This document shows positions 29,356 to 40,315 of a DNA stretch of 64,000 nt, piece after piece (within the stretch, counting starts at the first letter, position 1; each line of letters starts with the position of its first letter). The DNA is from a bacterium (GTDB lineage Bacteria > Electryoneota > JAOADG01). The stretch lies in NCBI GenBank assembly GCA_963681965.1, contig OY820579.1:2432001-2496000 (forward strand), read 5' to 3'. The position numbers were made by a program, and so were the translations under genes. Below the pieces are notes generated by a model. The model was not told the DNA's origin and made no database searches. It was given only the letters and a program-made list of their open reading frames with translations.

Positions 29356-32300
29356 TTTTCCGATTCCTTCTTCCGCGGAGTATTTCGGGGTGGTTCTCCC
29401 CAGTCAGTCTGGATAAAGCTTTCGAGCGATTGTCGCCCTTCCTGATCGCGGCTGGCAGCCAATCGCAACCATGGGAGCAACTGATATTCCACTCGGACTT
29501 TGTTGTTGCTGCTATCAATTCCACCTACCGGCGAAACCAGCGAAAAGAATAGTTCATTCGTGATGTAACCACCGATTTCCAATTCACCGGCTGTCGATCC
29601 AAGATCTTTTCGCTGATCCTGTCGGAATTGCAATACCGACAAACCGAATTTATTTCCGAGGGAATTTGTGATCTGATCGAAACCCATTTGTGTTGCAGTG
29701 CCGACCAAATCTTTCGCTCCGAGTTTTGAAGTATCGGCACCACTGCCCGCCATTCCCAGCGCAGCAGAGGGTTTCCCGATGGTCAGGTAACTGATGACAT
29801 CAAGATCATTCATTTTTTCACCGTTACGGTCGGTACCGGCAAAGATTATATTCGGTTCCTTCGCAGTTCCGGTGATTGAGAACTGAATGTCGACCCCCGC
29901 AGATCGTTTCAAGCTGGGTGCCGATGCCGTTAATTGCATCTGAGGATTGAAGGGATCGCCATTGAAGGTCATGATCCCTTGACTGATTTGCAATTGACGA
30001 CTGTATTGGGTCACCGTGCCGCGGGCAATTTCGATCTTACCGTAAATATTCGGAAAGCGATTACCGGCAAATTTTTCAAGATCGAGATCCATTTTCGCTT
30101 CGGCATTGATCCCCATACCACGAATCCAGACATTGCCGGGTGCAATAACCGATACGTGTCCGTAAGAATTGTCCCACGTTGCCAGCGCTGGGAAGATCGA
30201 AATGTCGTCTTCTTCCAGTACAATTTCTTCCAGATTTTTGTCAGTTTCTCCCAGATCGTAGCGTACTTCCGATAGTGCCATCGAGCCTTCCATCGCCAGA
30301 TGGTTGATCGGTCCACGTAGATTGACATTCATGTCACCGGTGAATGTTTTTCGCGGCAACTTCATAAACTGGTAACGACTCGCTCGAGCTTCGAGATTCA
30401 AACTATCCGGCAGGAAATTCCGGAAAGTAAGTTGTCCCGTCAATTTGATATTACCTTTACCGGATTTCGAGGTAGCTTCTTGAATAACCAGTGATTTTCC
30501 CACGGTTGAGGCGTGGATCACCATATCCCGCTGATCGACGCCGAATTCCGGAAGCAGTAGTTTCTTTCCGGTCATATCGACTTTCATCTTCATGCCGTAG
30601 ACCGGATCGCGGTCGATCTGTATTTGCAGATTACCATCCCAGGTCGAGTGTTGTGGCATCATTCCGGCAAACCATCGCGATGGCATTTCAATGGTCGATA
30701 GATGTAATGAATCGAAACCGGCAATCGAACTATCAGTCATTCGTGCATTACCATACGATGTCAACGCTTCGATCCCTTCCCGCTCGCCTTTCATTTCCCA
30801 GATCAGGCGGTCACCGGTATAGGTAATCTTCGCCTTGAGTGTATCCATCAATTCCAAATTGTTCCAGCCAATGCGATGGGTTGTAATTTGCGTCGAGACA
30901 TGAACTTTTTCGTGAATCGGTTTCGACCATGTTCCGGTTGCATCCACATCACCTTGAAGATTTTGCAAGCTGGGAACGACAGTTAACAGCGATGGTAACG
31001 CCATACCTTTGATTGAAAAACTCCCCTTCATCGAGCCAGCAGTGTCCAGATCAAACGAACCATCGAGAATGCCAAAGGGGGTATCCATCCTGAATTGACG
31101 CCAATTGAAACCGGTTTTCCGGTCGTAAACCAAAGGTTCCGACTCCAATAAGTAGAGCGGGATGTGCGGTGTCCGAAGTGACAAAGAGTCCGCATGGGCA
31201 GTGAAACGCATGGCATTCCGATCAAGAAATCCCTGCAACTTGATCAGGGTGGCAAGCGTGTCGGAAGCTGCGCGAATCGTCGTTTTAAGTGAATCGTTGC
31301 GATATACAGCCGATAACGAAAGTGAAAGTGGTGCAAGGAACGTGGATCGGAGCGAATCGATGGTTGCTTCGATTAAATATGGCGATTCCGGATATTGGAA
31401 TTCGGACTTTATCAATCGTAAAGTATCGATCGAATAATCGCGCATCCGGAATTTTGTAAGCATTCCATGAACCGTCCCACCGATCGATAGATTTGTGCTA
31501 TCTTCAAACTTTTTCTGTTTCCCGATAATCGTAAAGTTCAGTGAAGCTTGCCCGGAAAGGGTAGAATCTGCGGCAACAATTTGAGGAATATTTTTCAACG
31601 AAAGCTGTTGAACTGCGCCGGCGAAACTGAATCCGTCGGTCAGTTGGTAGTATCCTTTCAGTGCAATTGCCGTCTTACCGGAAAGTGCGTGCAGGGAATC
31701 AATATCAATATTTTTCTTCGTGTACTTTCCACTGACGACAACGGTATCCAATCGATTCTGGAACCAGTAATGACGATCCAATCCCGCTCGGAATTGAATA
31801 GTGTCGATCGGTATTTTTTTCCCCGAAGCAGTTGCAGAAATCGCCAGCACAAGACTGTCGGGGAAGTCTTTTCCCGGTAACCAATCGTGCAGTTGATGAA
31901 CCGCACCCGATAGTTGAACAGTTGCCGACGAATGATCCTTTCCCAATCCCTTGGTCGATAAATCGATCGTTACATCACCGTGCGACTCCCCTAGTATTCC
32001 TTTCAGAGTCGCATTGTGTTTTCCGTAAGTTGCATCGACATTGGCGGTGATATTTTTGAGTGGAGGAAAATACGAATCTTTCAGAATTAGTGTGCCACTA
32101 ATGGCGAAATCGGAGACAATATTGTAAATCGTTCCGATGGCTGAAGCCGTTAAATTGGTTGAATCGATCGAAGAAATGAATGGAGCAATATTGATGTTTT
32201 CGATCTTGGCATCATAATCGATGTTTTCCAATTTTCCATCGGGATTTTTCAAGAACAAGTTGATCGATTGACCGGGTAGATAGGCATTAACCAGTGTTGT

Positions 32301-33122
32301 CAAGCCATTTGGGGTATTCGAACCATTAAAATCGATTGCGAGTGGCATTGTAATCGTCCACTTGTTAACAAATCGTCGAATAGTAGAATCGGGAATCGTG
32401 AGATCGCCATTGAATGTACCCTGTGGGGGAGATTTCGCTAAATTGACTTTCGCACTACTGATACTGAGTGCCACTTGCGGCATGTTAAGATGGAAGTACT
32501 CGAGCGACATCCGGTCGCGAAGGTATAGGTATGTTCTGGCACGAAGAGTGATCGGTGCGTGATCAAGTTGCAGCGATTTATTTAAAGATTGGACAGTAAC
32601 ATAAGAGTTCTGAATCGAGAAATTACCCACCGCGATTCGTTTAAGCGGAAAATCGCTCTTTTTCTTCGTTGAATCGGGTTTAATAGCTGTCTGTGGTTTT
32701 GCTGATTTGGTAAATAATGCGGCAATATTCCAGTGCGTGCTATCTTGTTGCAGGTGCAATCGAACACCGCGCAGTAATAGATATTGGATGTTGAGATGCT
32801 TGCGCAATAACGACCAGACTTGTACGCGAAATTGGATTGTATCGCATGCGATGATCGTATCGGAGCCACTTGTCCAGCGAAGATTATAGATTTCCAACAT
32901 CGGAAATTGACTGGTTCGTACTTTGGCAATCGTACAGTTACCGTTTCCGGCACTAGAGATGCCATCACCGATTAATTTTGCGATTTTGTGTTGTCCGTAT
33001 GGGGAAACAATCAATAAGTACACGATTAATGATATCAACGCAGAGACCAGCGATAACCACTTCACTACATCGACAATTTGGAGTAGCGTATAGAGCAGAC
33101 GTGCAGAAATCCGCTTTATCAT
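29352..33122 (-). CDS. tamB: Translocation/assembly module TamB
   Basis: N-terminal membrane anchor, long beta-rich body, C-terminal 'G...F.GDPFNP.....A' DUF490-like region; translationally coupled to an Omp85 gene. Confidence 0.8.
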   Translation of the reverse strand: MIKRISARLLYTLLQIVDVVKWLSLVSALISLIVYLLIVSPYGQHKIAKLIGDGISSAGNGNCTIAKVRTSQFPMLEIYNLRWTSGSDTIIACDTIQFRVQVWSLLRKHLNIQYLLLRGVRLHLQQDSTHWNIAALFTKSAKPQTAIKPDSTKKKSDFPLKRIAVGNFSIQNSYVTVQSLNKSLQLDHAPITLRARTYLYLRDRMSLEYFHLNMPQVALSISSAKVNLAKSPPQGTFNGDLTIPDSTIRRFVNKWTITMPLAIDFNGSNTPNGLTTLVNAYLPGQSINLFLKNPDGKLENIDYDAKIENINIAPFISSIDSTNLTASAIGTIYNIVSDFAISGTLILKDSYFPPLKNITANVDATYGKHNATLKGILGESHGDVTIDLSTKGLGKDHSSATVQLSGAVHQLHDWLPGKDFPDSLVLAISATASGKKIPIDTIQFRAGLDRHYWFQNRLDTVVVSGKYTKKNIDIDSLHALSGKTAIALKGYYQLTDGFSFAGAVQQLSLKNIPQIVAADSTLSGQASLNFTIIGKQKKFEDSTNLSIGGTVHGMLTKFRMRDYSIDTLRLIKSEFQYPESPYLIEATIDSLRSTFLAPLSLSLSAVYRNDSLKTTIRAASDTLATLIKLQGFLDRNAMRFTAHADSLSLRTPHIPLYLLESEPLVYDRKTGFNWRQFRMDTPFGILDGSFDLDTAGSMKGSFSIKGMALPSLLTVVPSLQNLQGDVDATGTWSKPIHEKVHVSTQITTHRIGWNNLELMDTLKAKITYTGDRLIWEMKGEREGIEALTSYGNARMTDSSIAGFDSLHLSTIEMPSRWFAGMMPQHSTWDGNLQIQIDRDPVYGMKMKVDMTGKKLLLPEFGVDQRDMVIHASTVGKSLVIQEATSKSGKGNIKLTGQLTFRNFLPDSLNLEARASRYQFMKLPRKTFTGDMNVNLRGPINHLAMEGSMALSEVRYDLGETDKNLEEIVLEEDDISIFPALATWDNSYGHVSVIAPGNVWIRGMGINAEAKMDLDLEKFAGNRFPNIYGKIEIARGTVTQYSRQLQISQGIMTFNGDPFNPQMQLTASAPSLKRSAGVDIQFSITGTAKEPNIIFAGTDRNGEKMNDLDVISYLTIGKPSAALGMAGSGADTSKLGAKDLVGTATQMGFDQITNSLGNKFGLSVLQFRQDQRKDLGSTAGELEIGGYITNELFFSLVSPVGGIDSSNNKVRVEYQLLPWLRLAASRDQEGRQSLESFIQTDWGEPPRNTPRKKESEK

Positions 33123-34993
33123 ATTGCTTCTCCGATTGCCAGAATAAACTGGGGCGATTCCGGTTTACCGGATGCACGGAATGGATTGTCGCGTGTCTGC
33201 CATCCGATATCGAAGCGGAAAGGACCGATGGGGGTATGCAATCGAACACCAGTACCAACTGTGGTCATCAAAGGCCATTTCCCGAACGATTGATATTTTG
33301 ACCAGACATTACCCGCATCGATGAAATTCGCCCACCATAGCGGACCCCAGACTTTTGCCCGAATTTCAAATGCTCCTGCCAGCATTGCCTGACCACCGAT
33401 CGACACTTCTTTGTTGTTAATGGTTCCCCGCGGGGAGAGCGAATTACGCGCCCAACCACGCATTAAACCTGAACCTCCAAGGTAAAACAAGTCTTCGGAA
33501 TTGGGAGGTGGAGGAGCGCCATTCGGGAAGATCGATCCGGCTTCGAAACGAGTTGCGTAAGTTAACTTACGGTCAAAAGTAATCGCATAATTACCGTAGC
33601 ATTTAAACTTGTAAAATCGGTAGGTATTGCGAAATAACACGCCCGATACCGATAATTCCGGCGAGAAGATTCCACCTTCGGTCGATTCGAATGGATCCTT
33701 GCGGAAGTCGTATAACCCGGTAACCGTATACAAGTCGCGATTGTTCAGGATATTTTGTTGATCAGTCGTGAGTGAAGCATCACGATGATTGGTCGTGTCG
33801 AATTTCCAACTGCGTTGCAAGTCTTGCGAGAACGAAACCGACCACCATTGACCGCTGAGGAAATTCACGGTTTGCTTACTGCCGATCGCATTGAAACTGA
33901 ATTCCCAACTCCGCTTGGCATAGGGTGCAACCACAAATTCCGAACCGGGACCGATGGCATGTGGAAATGAGACTGAAACAGCGCCGAATGTTTGTAAATA
34001 GGAGGCGCTACCGCTGATTTTCAGGGTACGTCCGCTACCCAAAATGAATCGGTCAGTTAGTTCGCCAAGTCCTTCCCACTGCTGTTCCCAATTTTTATCA
34101 GTCACCCAAGCAGCACCGAATTTTGCCTGCCACCGGTTTGCTTCGACGACACGAATGCGAATTGGCAAGCGATCGCTTTTCACCGATGTATCGGCGACCA
34201 AATCGATGCTGCGAAACACGTTCCGTGAATAGAGAATGCGTCGCGATCGTTCGATCAGCGAAGTTGAGTATTGCAGACCCGGTTTCGTGAGAAGATCGGC
34301 AGTGACGTCTTTCGGTTTCAGACAAGTCAAGCCTTGGACTGAGGCGGTATCGAATTGACAGATATTGCCGGCATTGACATGCAGCGATAAATCGACTCCC
34401 AGCGAATCTGGCTGCCAATTTACTTCCGAAGTTACCTTCGCTCGAGCATAACCATGACTCAAGTAAATCATGTGCAGCGAATCGACTGCTTGTTGCAACT
34501 CGATTTCGCGATATCGTCGTCCGCGAGTTAATGATAAATATCGCCGGAAACTCAGTGTGTCTTTGGCAGGGAGTTCAGTGGCATTGATCCAATACCGATT
34601 AGTTTTCGTACATTCACCCACTCGAATGTGATATACTGCCGATATTCGATCGTTTTTTTCGGGAAGCACCTCACCGCGAACAGTGATGTTGCGCCATCCT
34701 TCACGCCGTAAGAGATGATCGACACGAATCACATCGCGAGTAAAAGTCGGTGCATCGAAAATTGGTCGATCTTTCCAAAACAGCAGTTTGCCATACCACG
34801 GTGGCGGAGTTGTAGCGACATAAAGCCAAACCGTTGAAGCTGGGAGGGGAGATTGGTCAAGTTTCACGTCTTTTAGTTCGAAACCGTTGACCGCCGAAAA
34901 CTCGCGCGGAACTCGTTGTGCTATTGCCGATGCACACAATAATCCGAGAATAAATGCGAGAACCACGATCGATATCGTGCGTTTGGTGGTCAT
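33119..34993 (-). CDS. tamA: Omp85-family outer membrane protein (TamA-like)
   Basis: POTRA-like repeats ('Y...GY..A.V'), 'FYLGG...MRGW', 'F.DAGNVW', 'G.GVR..TPIGPFRFD', terminal 'IGEAI'. Confidence 0.85.
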   Translation of the reverse strand: MTTKRTISIVVLAFILGLLCASAIAQRVPREFSAVNGFELKDVKLDQSPLPASTVWLYVATTPPPWYGKLLFWKDRPIFDAPTFTRDVIRVDHLLRREGWRNITVRGEVLPEKNDRISAVYHIRVGECTKTNRYWINATELPAKDTLSFRRYLSLTRGRRYREIELQQAVDSLHMIYLSHGYARAKVTSEVNWQPDSLGVDLSLHVNAGNICQFDTASVQGLTCLKPKDVTADLLTKPGLQYSTSLIERSRRILYSRNVFRSIDLVADTSVKSDRLPIRIRVVEANRWQAKFGAAWVTDKNWEQQWEGLGELTDRFILGSGRTLKISGSASYLQTFGAVSVSFPHAIGPGSEFVVAPYAKRSWEFSFNAIGSKQTVNFLSGQWWSVSFSQDLQRSWKFDTTNHRDASLTTDQQNILNNRDLYTVTGLYDFRKDPFESTEGGIFSPELSVSGVLFRNTYRFYKFKCYGNYAITFDRKLTYATRFEAGSIFPNGAPPPPNSEDLFYLGGSGLMRGWARNSLSPRGTINNKEVSIGGQAMLAGAFEIRAKVWGPLWWANFIDAGNVWSKYQSFGKWPLMTTVGTGVRLHTPIGPFRFDIGWQTRDNPFRASGKPESPQFILAIGEAI

Positions 34994-35433
34994 AGCGATA
35001 TTGATTTGATCAAACTAACACTCGTACTCTGATTTGTAAGTATTTAATATACAATACATAATAATAATCAAGATTCATACTGTACCGGAAACTAAACCTG
35101 AAATATACAATCGATAATGCTTGGGAAAAACCATCTTGCACTTTCTTATACGAATGTAACCGAAAATTGATCCCAGAAGTATACCGATCAGAGTCAAATC
35201 ACCCATAGAATAGTACCGGATCGATCATTTCGTTATCGACGTTGAATTCAATGGACAAATACAATTCAAAATTCATTTTCTTTCACACCGATAGGAAGCT
35301 GTGAAACCTCGGTGAATATCACTGTAGAGCTGTGCTCGTTACCACTCCTAGGTTTGGTGTGAAGCAGGATTTAGCGATTTTCAGGTTAGTTGACATCGTA
35401 TATTATTTGTGAACGAGTAGACTGGAGGCTGAA

Positions 35434-37065
35434 ATGTCCACATACCCTGAACAGTCTGAACTTGACACGATCGAGTTGCATACCGATTGGCTTGATGAAA
35501 TCCGCGAAATCCAATCGCTCATTGTGTATAATCGCTTAAATGACGCGAATTTGCGTCTGGAACAATTGAGTGAGGCGATCGAACCGACTCAGGATCCGGA
35601 GTGGTTGGCTCGATTATATAACATTATCGGCTTGTATCTAGATCGCGTAAGTCGTCACGAAGAAGCGCAATCCCGCTATTTTCAAGCTTTGGAATTAGTT
35701 GAAGAACTCGAAAATCCGCGCTTGAATGCGACCACATACCGCAATTTAGCCACTTCTTTTATCTATAGTGCTCGTTATAACGAAGCGTTCGGATATTTTG
35801 ACCGAGCGTTGAAGATTGTTCGCGAGTTGGATGATAAAGAGGTGATTGCAGCAATTCTAACCAACATGTCGCATCTGCATCGGATAGAGGGATACTTCGA
35901 TCAAGCGCTTACCTTGAATGAAGAAGCACTGGCGCTATCGCGGGAACTCGGAAATCGACAAGGGGAAGGGTGCGTTCTTCACAATATCGGTACCGGTTAT
36001 TTCGAACAGGGCAAAATCGATCAAGCAACAGAGTATTTTCGGCAATCGACTGAGATCTTTACCGAATTGGGAATGATTGAAACAGCATCGTCGGTTCGAT
36101 GCGATTTAGCGAAAGTGTTGCAAGCGCAAGGTGAATACGACAGTGCCTTGGTTGAGATGGAGCTTGCAATTAAACAGGCGCGCGATTGCGGTGTTACGCG
36201 CAATGAATCGTATGCGTTGAGTGCACGAGCATTTCTGTTTGCGACAATCTCCGAGTTTGGACAAGCTGAGTTAGATGTCCAAGCGGCTCTGGCGATTCAA
36301 CGTCAGGATAAGAATACTCGCTTCGAAGCAATTTCACTGGGCATCTACGGTTTTATCAGTTTCTACCGGGGAGAAATCGAAACATCCGAATGGTATCTAC
36401 AGCAATCGATCGATTTATCACTCAAGATCGGCGATCTTCGTAGTTATGCTCTAACCACTAATTATCTAGCACAATTGTATCAGTCCGTAGGGATGCGCGA
36501 CAAAGCATATCATCTTTATCATCAAGCGCTGGAGAAATTCCGGAGCGAGCGCCTGGAGATGTCGGAAGTCAGGGTGTTATGTCAACTGGCAGTATGGCAT
36601 GCCGAAGAGGGGGATACTACCGAAGCGCGCTGGCAATTCGAACAAGTGATAGCGAAGTGTCGAAAGCTACCAATCCATAACAGTCTATTCGAAAATTTGA
36701 CGCAATATGCTGCATTTCTGATTAAAATTGGCGAACTGGATGAGGCGCAACGACTCCTTGACGAGGCGGCGAGAAATGAACCGGATCACCGGATTATGGT
36801 GACTTTGCAATATCGCGTAGTACTGTTGCATTTTCGAGTAGCAGAATTTCTGATGCATCACAACGGCGATTCGCTTGCTCGTCAATTCCAAAACAGTTCA
36901 CAGAACAGCGAATTTGCAAAGAAGTATCTCGATCTCGTGCGCGAGTTTGAGCGTCGTAAATTGGGGGCAAAGAATCCAATTTCAGCGAGTTTTCAGGTTT
37001 TGCGGAATCTCCTTCTACAACTCCATGTACCTGCCATATTCCTGCCTAATCCGAAGCAATGGTAA
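35434..37065 (+). CDS. Tetratricopeptide repeat protein (MalT-like 40-aa TPRs)
   Basis: GGAGG RBS; repeated 'A..L.N.G..Y...G.Y.EA......AL...RELG' units. Confidence 0.85.
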   Translation: MSTYPEQSELDTIELHTDWLDEIREIQSLIVYNRLNDANLRLEQLSEAIEPTQDPEWLARLYNIIGLYLDRVSRHEEAQSRYFQALELVEELENPRLNATTYRNLATSFIYSARYNEAFGYFDRALKIVRELDDKEVIAAILTNMSHLHRIEGYFDQALTLNEEALALSRELGNRQGEGCVLHNIGTGYFEQGKIDQATEYFRQSTEIFTELGMIETASSVRCDLAKVLQAQGEYDSALVEMELAIKQARDCGVTRNESYALSARAFLFATISEFGQAELDVQAALAIQRQDKNTRFEAISLGIYGFISFYRGEIETSEWYLQQSIDLSLKIGDLRSYALTTNYLAQLYQSVGMRDKAYHLYHQALEKFRSERLEMSEVRVLCQLAVWHAEEGDTTEARWQFEQVIAKCRKLPIHNSLFENLTQYAAFLIKIGELDEAQRLLDEAARNEPDHRIMVTLQYRVVLLHFRVAEFLMHHNGDSLARQFQNSSQNSEFAKKYLDLVREFERRKLGAKNPISASFQVLRNLLLQLHVPAIFLPNPKQW

Positions 37066-37102
37066 CGAAATAAATGCTAAAATAAACGTAAAAGAAAGCA
37101 GA

Positions 37103-37220
37103 TAGAGTGGTTCTCGAAAATAAGTTGTCATGATTCGGTGTCAGGCTTCGCCTGACCTGCGGGCGGACGCGGGGGTCCGCCCCTACTACCGATAACAACT
37201 TATTTTGAAGAGATTCTATA
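37103..37220. mobile_element. MITE-like element, copy 2 (inverted relative to copy 1)
   Basis: TAGAGTGGTTCTCGAAAATAAGTTGTCATGATTCGGTGTCAGGCTTCGCCTGACCTGCGGGCGGACGCGGGGGTCCGCCCCTACTACCGATAACAACTTATTTTGAAGAGATTCTA. Confidence 0.75.
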
Positions 37221-37317
37221 GTACTAAGAAAAATTGCGAGAAGATTACGGGAAAAAAGCGGGCGGACTCTAAAGTCCGCCCTTGCTGCTATCGATAACTA
37301 AGATCAAACCTCAATAC

Positions 37318-38466
37318 TCAATTCGAGTATACAATCGTTTTCGTCTGATTGTCGACCATCGGCAAAGTAAAGCTCCAGAGTTTATTCGGAATATCCCACT
37401 GCTCTATTCGACCATACACATAGGTTGTTGAATAGTGGGCATCGTAGTATCCCAACGGATAAGTGATTCCATTGGGTGGAATAGACACGTTTTCAATCTG
37501 TTCGTTGGAGTGATTGTAATTCACCCGGAATTGATCGAAATCGGCATCGTAACTGTTGTTCTTCACCGACAGGAAGAAATAGTCTTCCGGGATATAAAAA
37601 TTATACCGTAATGAGCTGCTTGATCCGACATCCACCACTTCATCGACACTCATCGCCAGACCGAGGAGATTTCCCGATTCGGTTCGCGCGGCAGATTCCG
37701 CTTCCACCCGGATCGATTCGGGACGGTAGCTGAAATGATAAACGGTACTTGCGCCAGATCCAACGGTGCGGGTTTCGTGATCGATTGTCACTTCAGTTTT
37801 GTAGGGTGCATCATTGTGGAAGGTAAAATCAAAACCGTGACTTTCGCTTCCGACTGTCAAGTATACTCGTTGATTCGACCGATTGGAAAGATAAAAATCG
37901 GAACCTTGGCGCCATAACTTCGCACTCGGATATCCGGACAGGAAATGCGCGTACACGAGGGTATTCTGATTGCCGGGATAGTATCCCAATACGGTCCGGC
38001 TGCTGAATGCAGGGATGTAAACATCCACGACCGTCTCTTCGCAATCCTGATAATTGACTTTCACATAGTCGATCGAATGCGCAGTATTGTTGGTGATCGA
38101 GAGGTGAAAGTACGATTGATCGGAATTAACGACATAGCGTGTTCCACCGTAGCTGGAAAGATAAACGCTGCCATACACAGGAATCGAGTAACCGATTCGT
38201 TGATGACAATCGTTGACAGCAACGATTGATCCGGAAATCGATACCCGACCGGGATCGTCGTCATATTGAACGACCACTGAATCCTCGGCATCGATCGTAA
38301 TACTCCGCTCGTGTCCGATAGCGATATCGGCTCGACCGAGGGAGTTGTTGACGATGGTCAGGCTATAGGGTTCGTCTACGGGTCCGTTAGGACTGTAGTG
38401 ATCGCTTAACATACAGCCACTGAAAAAGACTGTTGCAAGCAGCAGGGAAAGGGATATGAGTCGCAT
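37318..38466 (-). CDS. Hypothetical lipoprotein with internal two-fold duplication
   Basis: GAGGAG RBS; lipobox 'FSGC'; 'YF.LS..NN...VNY.....V.IP.....LGYY' occurs twice. Confidence 0.8.
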   Translation of the reverse strand: MRLISLSLLLATVFFSGCMLSDHYSPNGPVDEPYSLTIVNNSLGRADIAIGHERSITIDAEDSVVVQYDDDPGRVSISGSIVAVNDCHQRIGYSIPVYGSVYLSSYGGTRYVVNSDQSYFHLSITNNTAHSIDYVKVNYQDCEETVVDVYIPAFSSRTVLGYYPGNQNTLVYAHFLSGYPSAKLWRQGSDFYLSNRSNQRVYLTVGSESHGFDFTFHNDAPYKTEVTIDHETRTVGSGASTVYHFSYRPESIRVEAESAARTESGNLLGLAMSVDEVVDVGSSSSLRYNFYIPEDYFFLSVKNNSYDADFDQFRVNYNHSNEQIENVSIPPNGITYPLGYYDAHYSTTYVYGRIEQWDIPNKLWSFTLPMVDNQTKTIVYSN

Positions 38467-38816
38467 GGTCAACTCCTCTAATTGAACTCATCGTGGTAAC
38501 GAACGAACTGAATGAACCGATTAATGTTGTTCGAACATTGGAACTGCTACGATCGCATGAATTCAAATATGGTGTTGCTCCATTTAAGTATCGATTATAC
38601 GATTACTGGTTCGGTCAAGTTCCCGATATGATTTCGATTGACAAGATAAAACCAATATCGATCAGCTATGAGATGGAAAAGTATTTCGTTCTCACTAGTA
38701 TGATTGCATCAAGAAATAATCGGTTTAATCACTCCACTCCGATGTTTTTTGTTGTGAGAAATCTTATATTTGAAGTCGTACACAATGAATTAACGATTCC
38801 GCGAAGGAGATAGCGC

Positions 38817-39194
38817 ATGTTATCGAATTTATTCTGGATATACCTGATCAATCTGATTCTGCTGATTGTTCATGAAATCGATTCCGCCTATTGGCAAGAG
38901 TGGAAACTGTTTCATTTGCCGGGCGGTATTCAAGCGTTTGTGCTGTTGCATATCCCCTTGCTGTTCATCTTGCTGCTCGGTTTGATCGGAGTGTATGAAC
39001 GGTGGCAAATCGGATTGGTACTATCATTTGCCGAGGCGATTGCGGGCATTGCAGCTTTCGCGATCCATCAATGGTTTTTGCATAAAGGGCATTCGGAATT
39101 CAATAATTCTGTTTCGCGCGGTGTGTTGTGGTTATTGCTCATTGTATCGCTGGGGCAGATCGCAATGACATCGACGATGCTGCAAAGATACTAG
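38817..39194 (+). CDS. Small HXXEE-like membrane protein (DUF6713-like)
   Basis: GAAGGAG RBS; 4 hydrophobic segments; 'HEIDSAYWQEW.LF.LPGG'. Confidence 0.75.
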   Translation: MLSNLFWIYLINLILLIVHEIDSAYWQEWKLFHLPGGIQAFVLLHIPLLFILLLGLIGVYERWQIGLVLSFAEAIAGIAAFAIHQWFLHKGHSEFNNSVSRGVLWLLLIVSLGQIAMTSTMLQRY

Positions 39195-39267
39195 TGTGGG
39201 AAATGTAAGTGAAAATGAAAACGTGACCCGATCGAGTCCCGTTCGATGTATGCAAGATGGTGTATGA

Positions 39268-39882
39268 CTAGTCGAACAGATACGATACCGAAAGCATGAT
39301 GCCATTCGATTTGAACGTCACTCCGGAGGCAGAACTCTCATTGGCGAGTCCCATTGTATACCGTAATTCAGGAACAATCGAACCCTTCGTTAATTTATAA
39401 GTAGAACCGGCGCCAAGATTCAGATAAATGAATGAACTCTGATAGTCCTGAATGGAACCACCACTCTTCCAGTCGGCGCTCGAATTCAAATCAAGTTCGA
39501 GTCCGCCAGATAAGAAGATCGGATTTTTATCGTAATCGCTTATTTGGCATTGTACCGACGGTGCGATTGCAAAATTCGAGATTTCGGCTTCTTCGGAAAA
39601 TGTAACCCCACTGACTTTACCACTCATTTTGCTGCCACGACCGATGATCATCACATCGCCGGCAAACGACCAAATCTTGTTAATCGGTTTTCGAGTTGTG
39701 AGACCAAATGCGAATTTAGCAACGCTTTCGTTACTGATGTCGGTCCATCCGTCCATCGTAAGTTTTGCGTTGGAGATGTTCAAACCAGCTTTCACGCCAA
39801 ACGACCATTTCGAAGGAGTTTCGGCATAAGCTGAAACCGTCATAAGTAAGAGAAACATCAAAGCGATCGATTTACGAATCAT
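39268..39882 (-). CDS. Outer membrane beta-barrel (PorT/porin-like)
   Basis: Signal peptide; 'FGVKAGLNIS', 'ELRYTMGL.N', terminal 'SVSYLF'. Confidence 0.8.
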   Translation of the reverse strand: MIRKSIALMFLLLMTVSAYAETPSKWSFGVKAGLNISNAKLTMDGWTDISNESVAKFAFGLTTRKPINKIWSFAGDVMIIGRGSKMSGKVSGVTFSEEAEISNFAIAPSVQCQISDYDKNPIFLSGGLELDLNSSADWKSGGSIQDYQSSFIYLNLGAGSTYKLTKGSIVPELRYTMGLANESSASGVTFKSNGIMLSVSYLFD

Positions 39883-40315
39883 GAATGACTCCTGTGAAGA
39901 TAGATGAACAGATTAACAGCCATCGAAAGTAACGAGAGAATTCGAACAACTCAACGATTGAAATCAAAATTGCTAATTTGAGTAGCGCGATTGCGACAAC
40001 TACGCTGCCGATGGACTGCGGTTGTAGGTAATTTTACACGAATCTTTACTGGTGGAATGCTGCGATTTCGAGCAAATTCAGGGAGGCGAGGCTTCTTACA
40101 CGAAGCAGGAAATGAGTGAATTTCGTTTTGATCTCATCGGAATCTTTCAATCTCTTGTTTATAGGTAACGTATTATCTTGCGATTATGTCCATATTTTCA
40201 CAAACTTTGCTGTATTTTCAAGTCTTTTCGCTACTTTGTCGCATTAAGCAAATTGGCAAAACCAGTTCGGAAAGTAGTATATTAATGTCTGTTTCTAGAA
40301 CGAAGTAGCCAATCC

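Noticed and set aside
38493-38813. 106-aa ORF between two divergent genes
   Set aside because: No RBS or motif; occupies the expected divergent promoter region; cannot be supported
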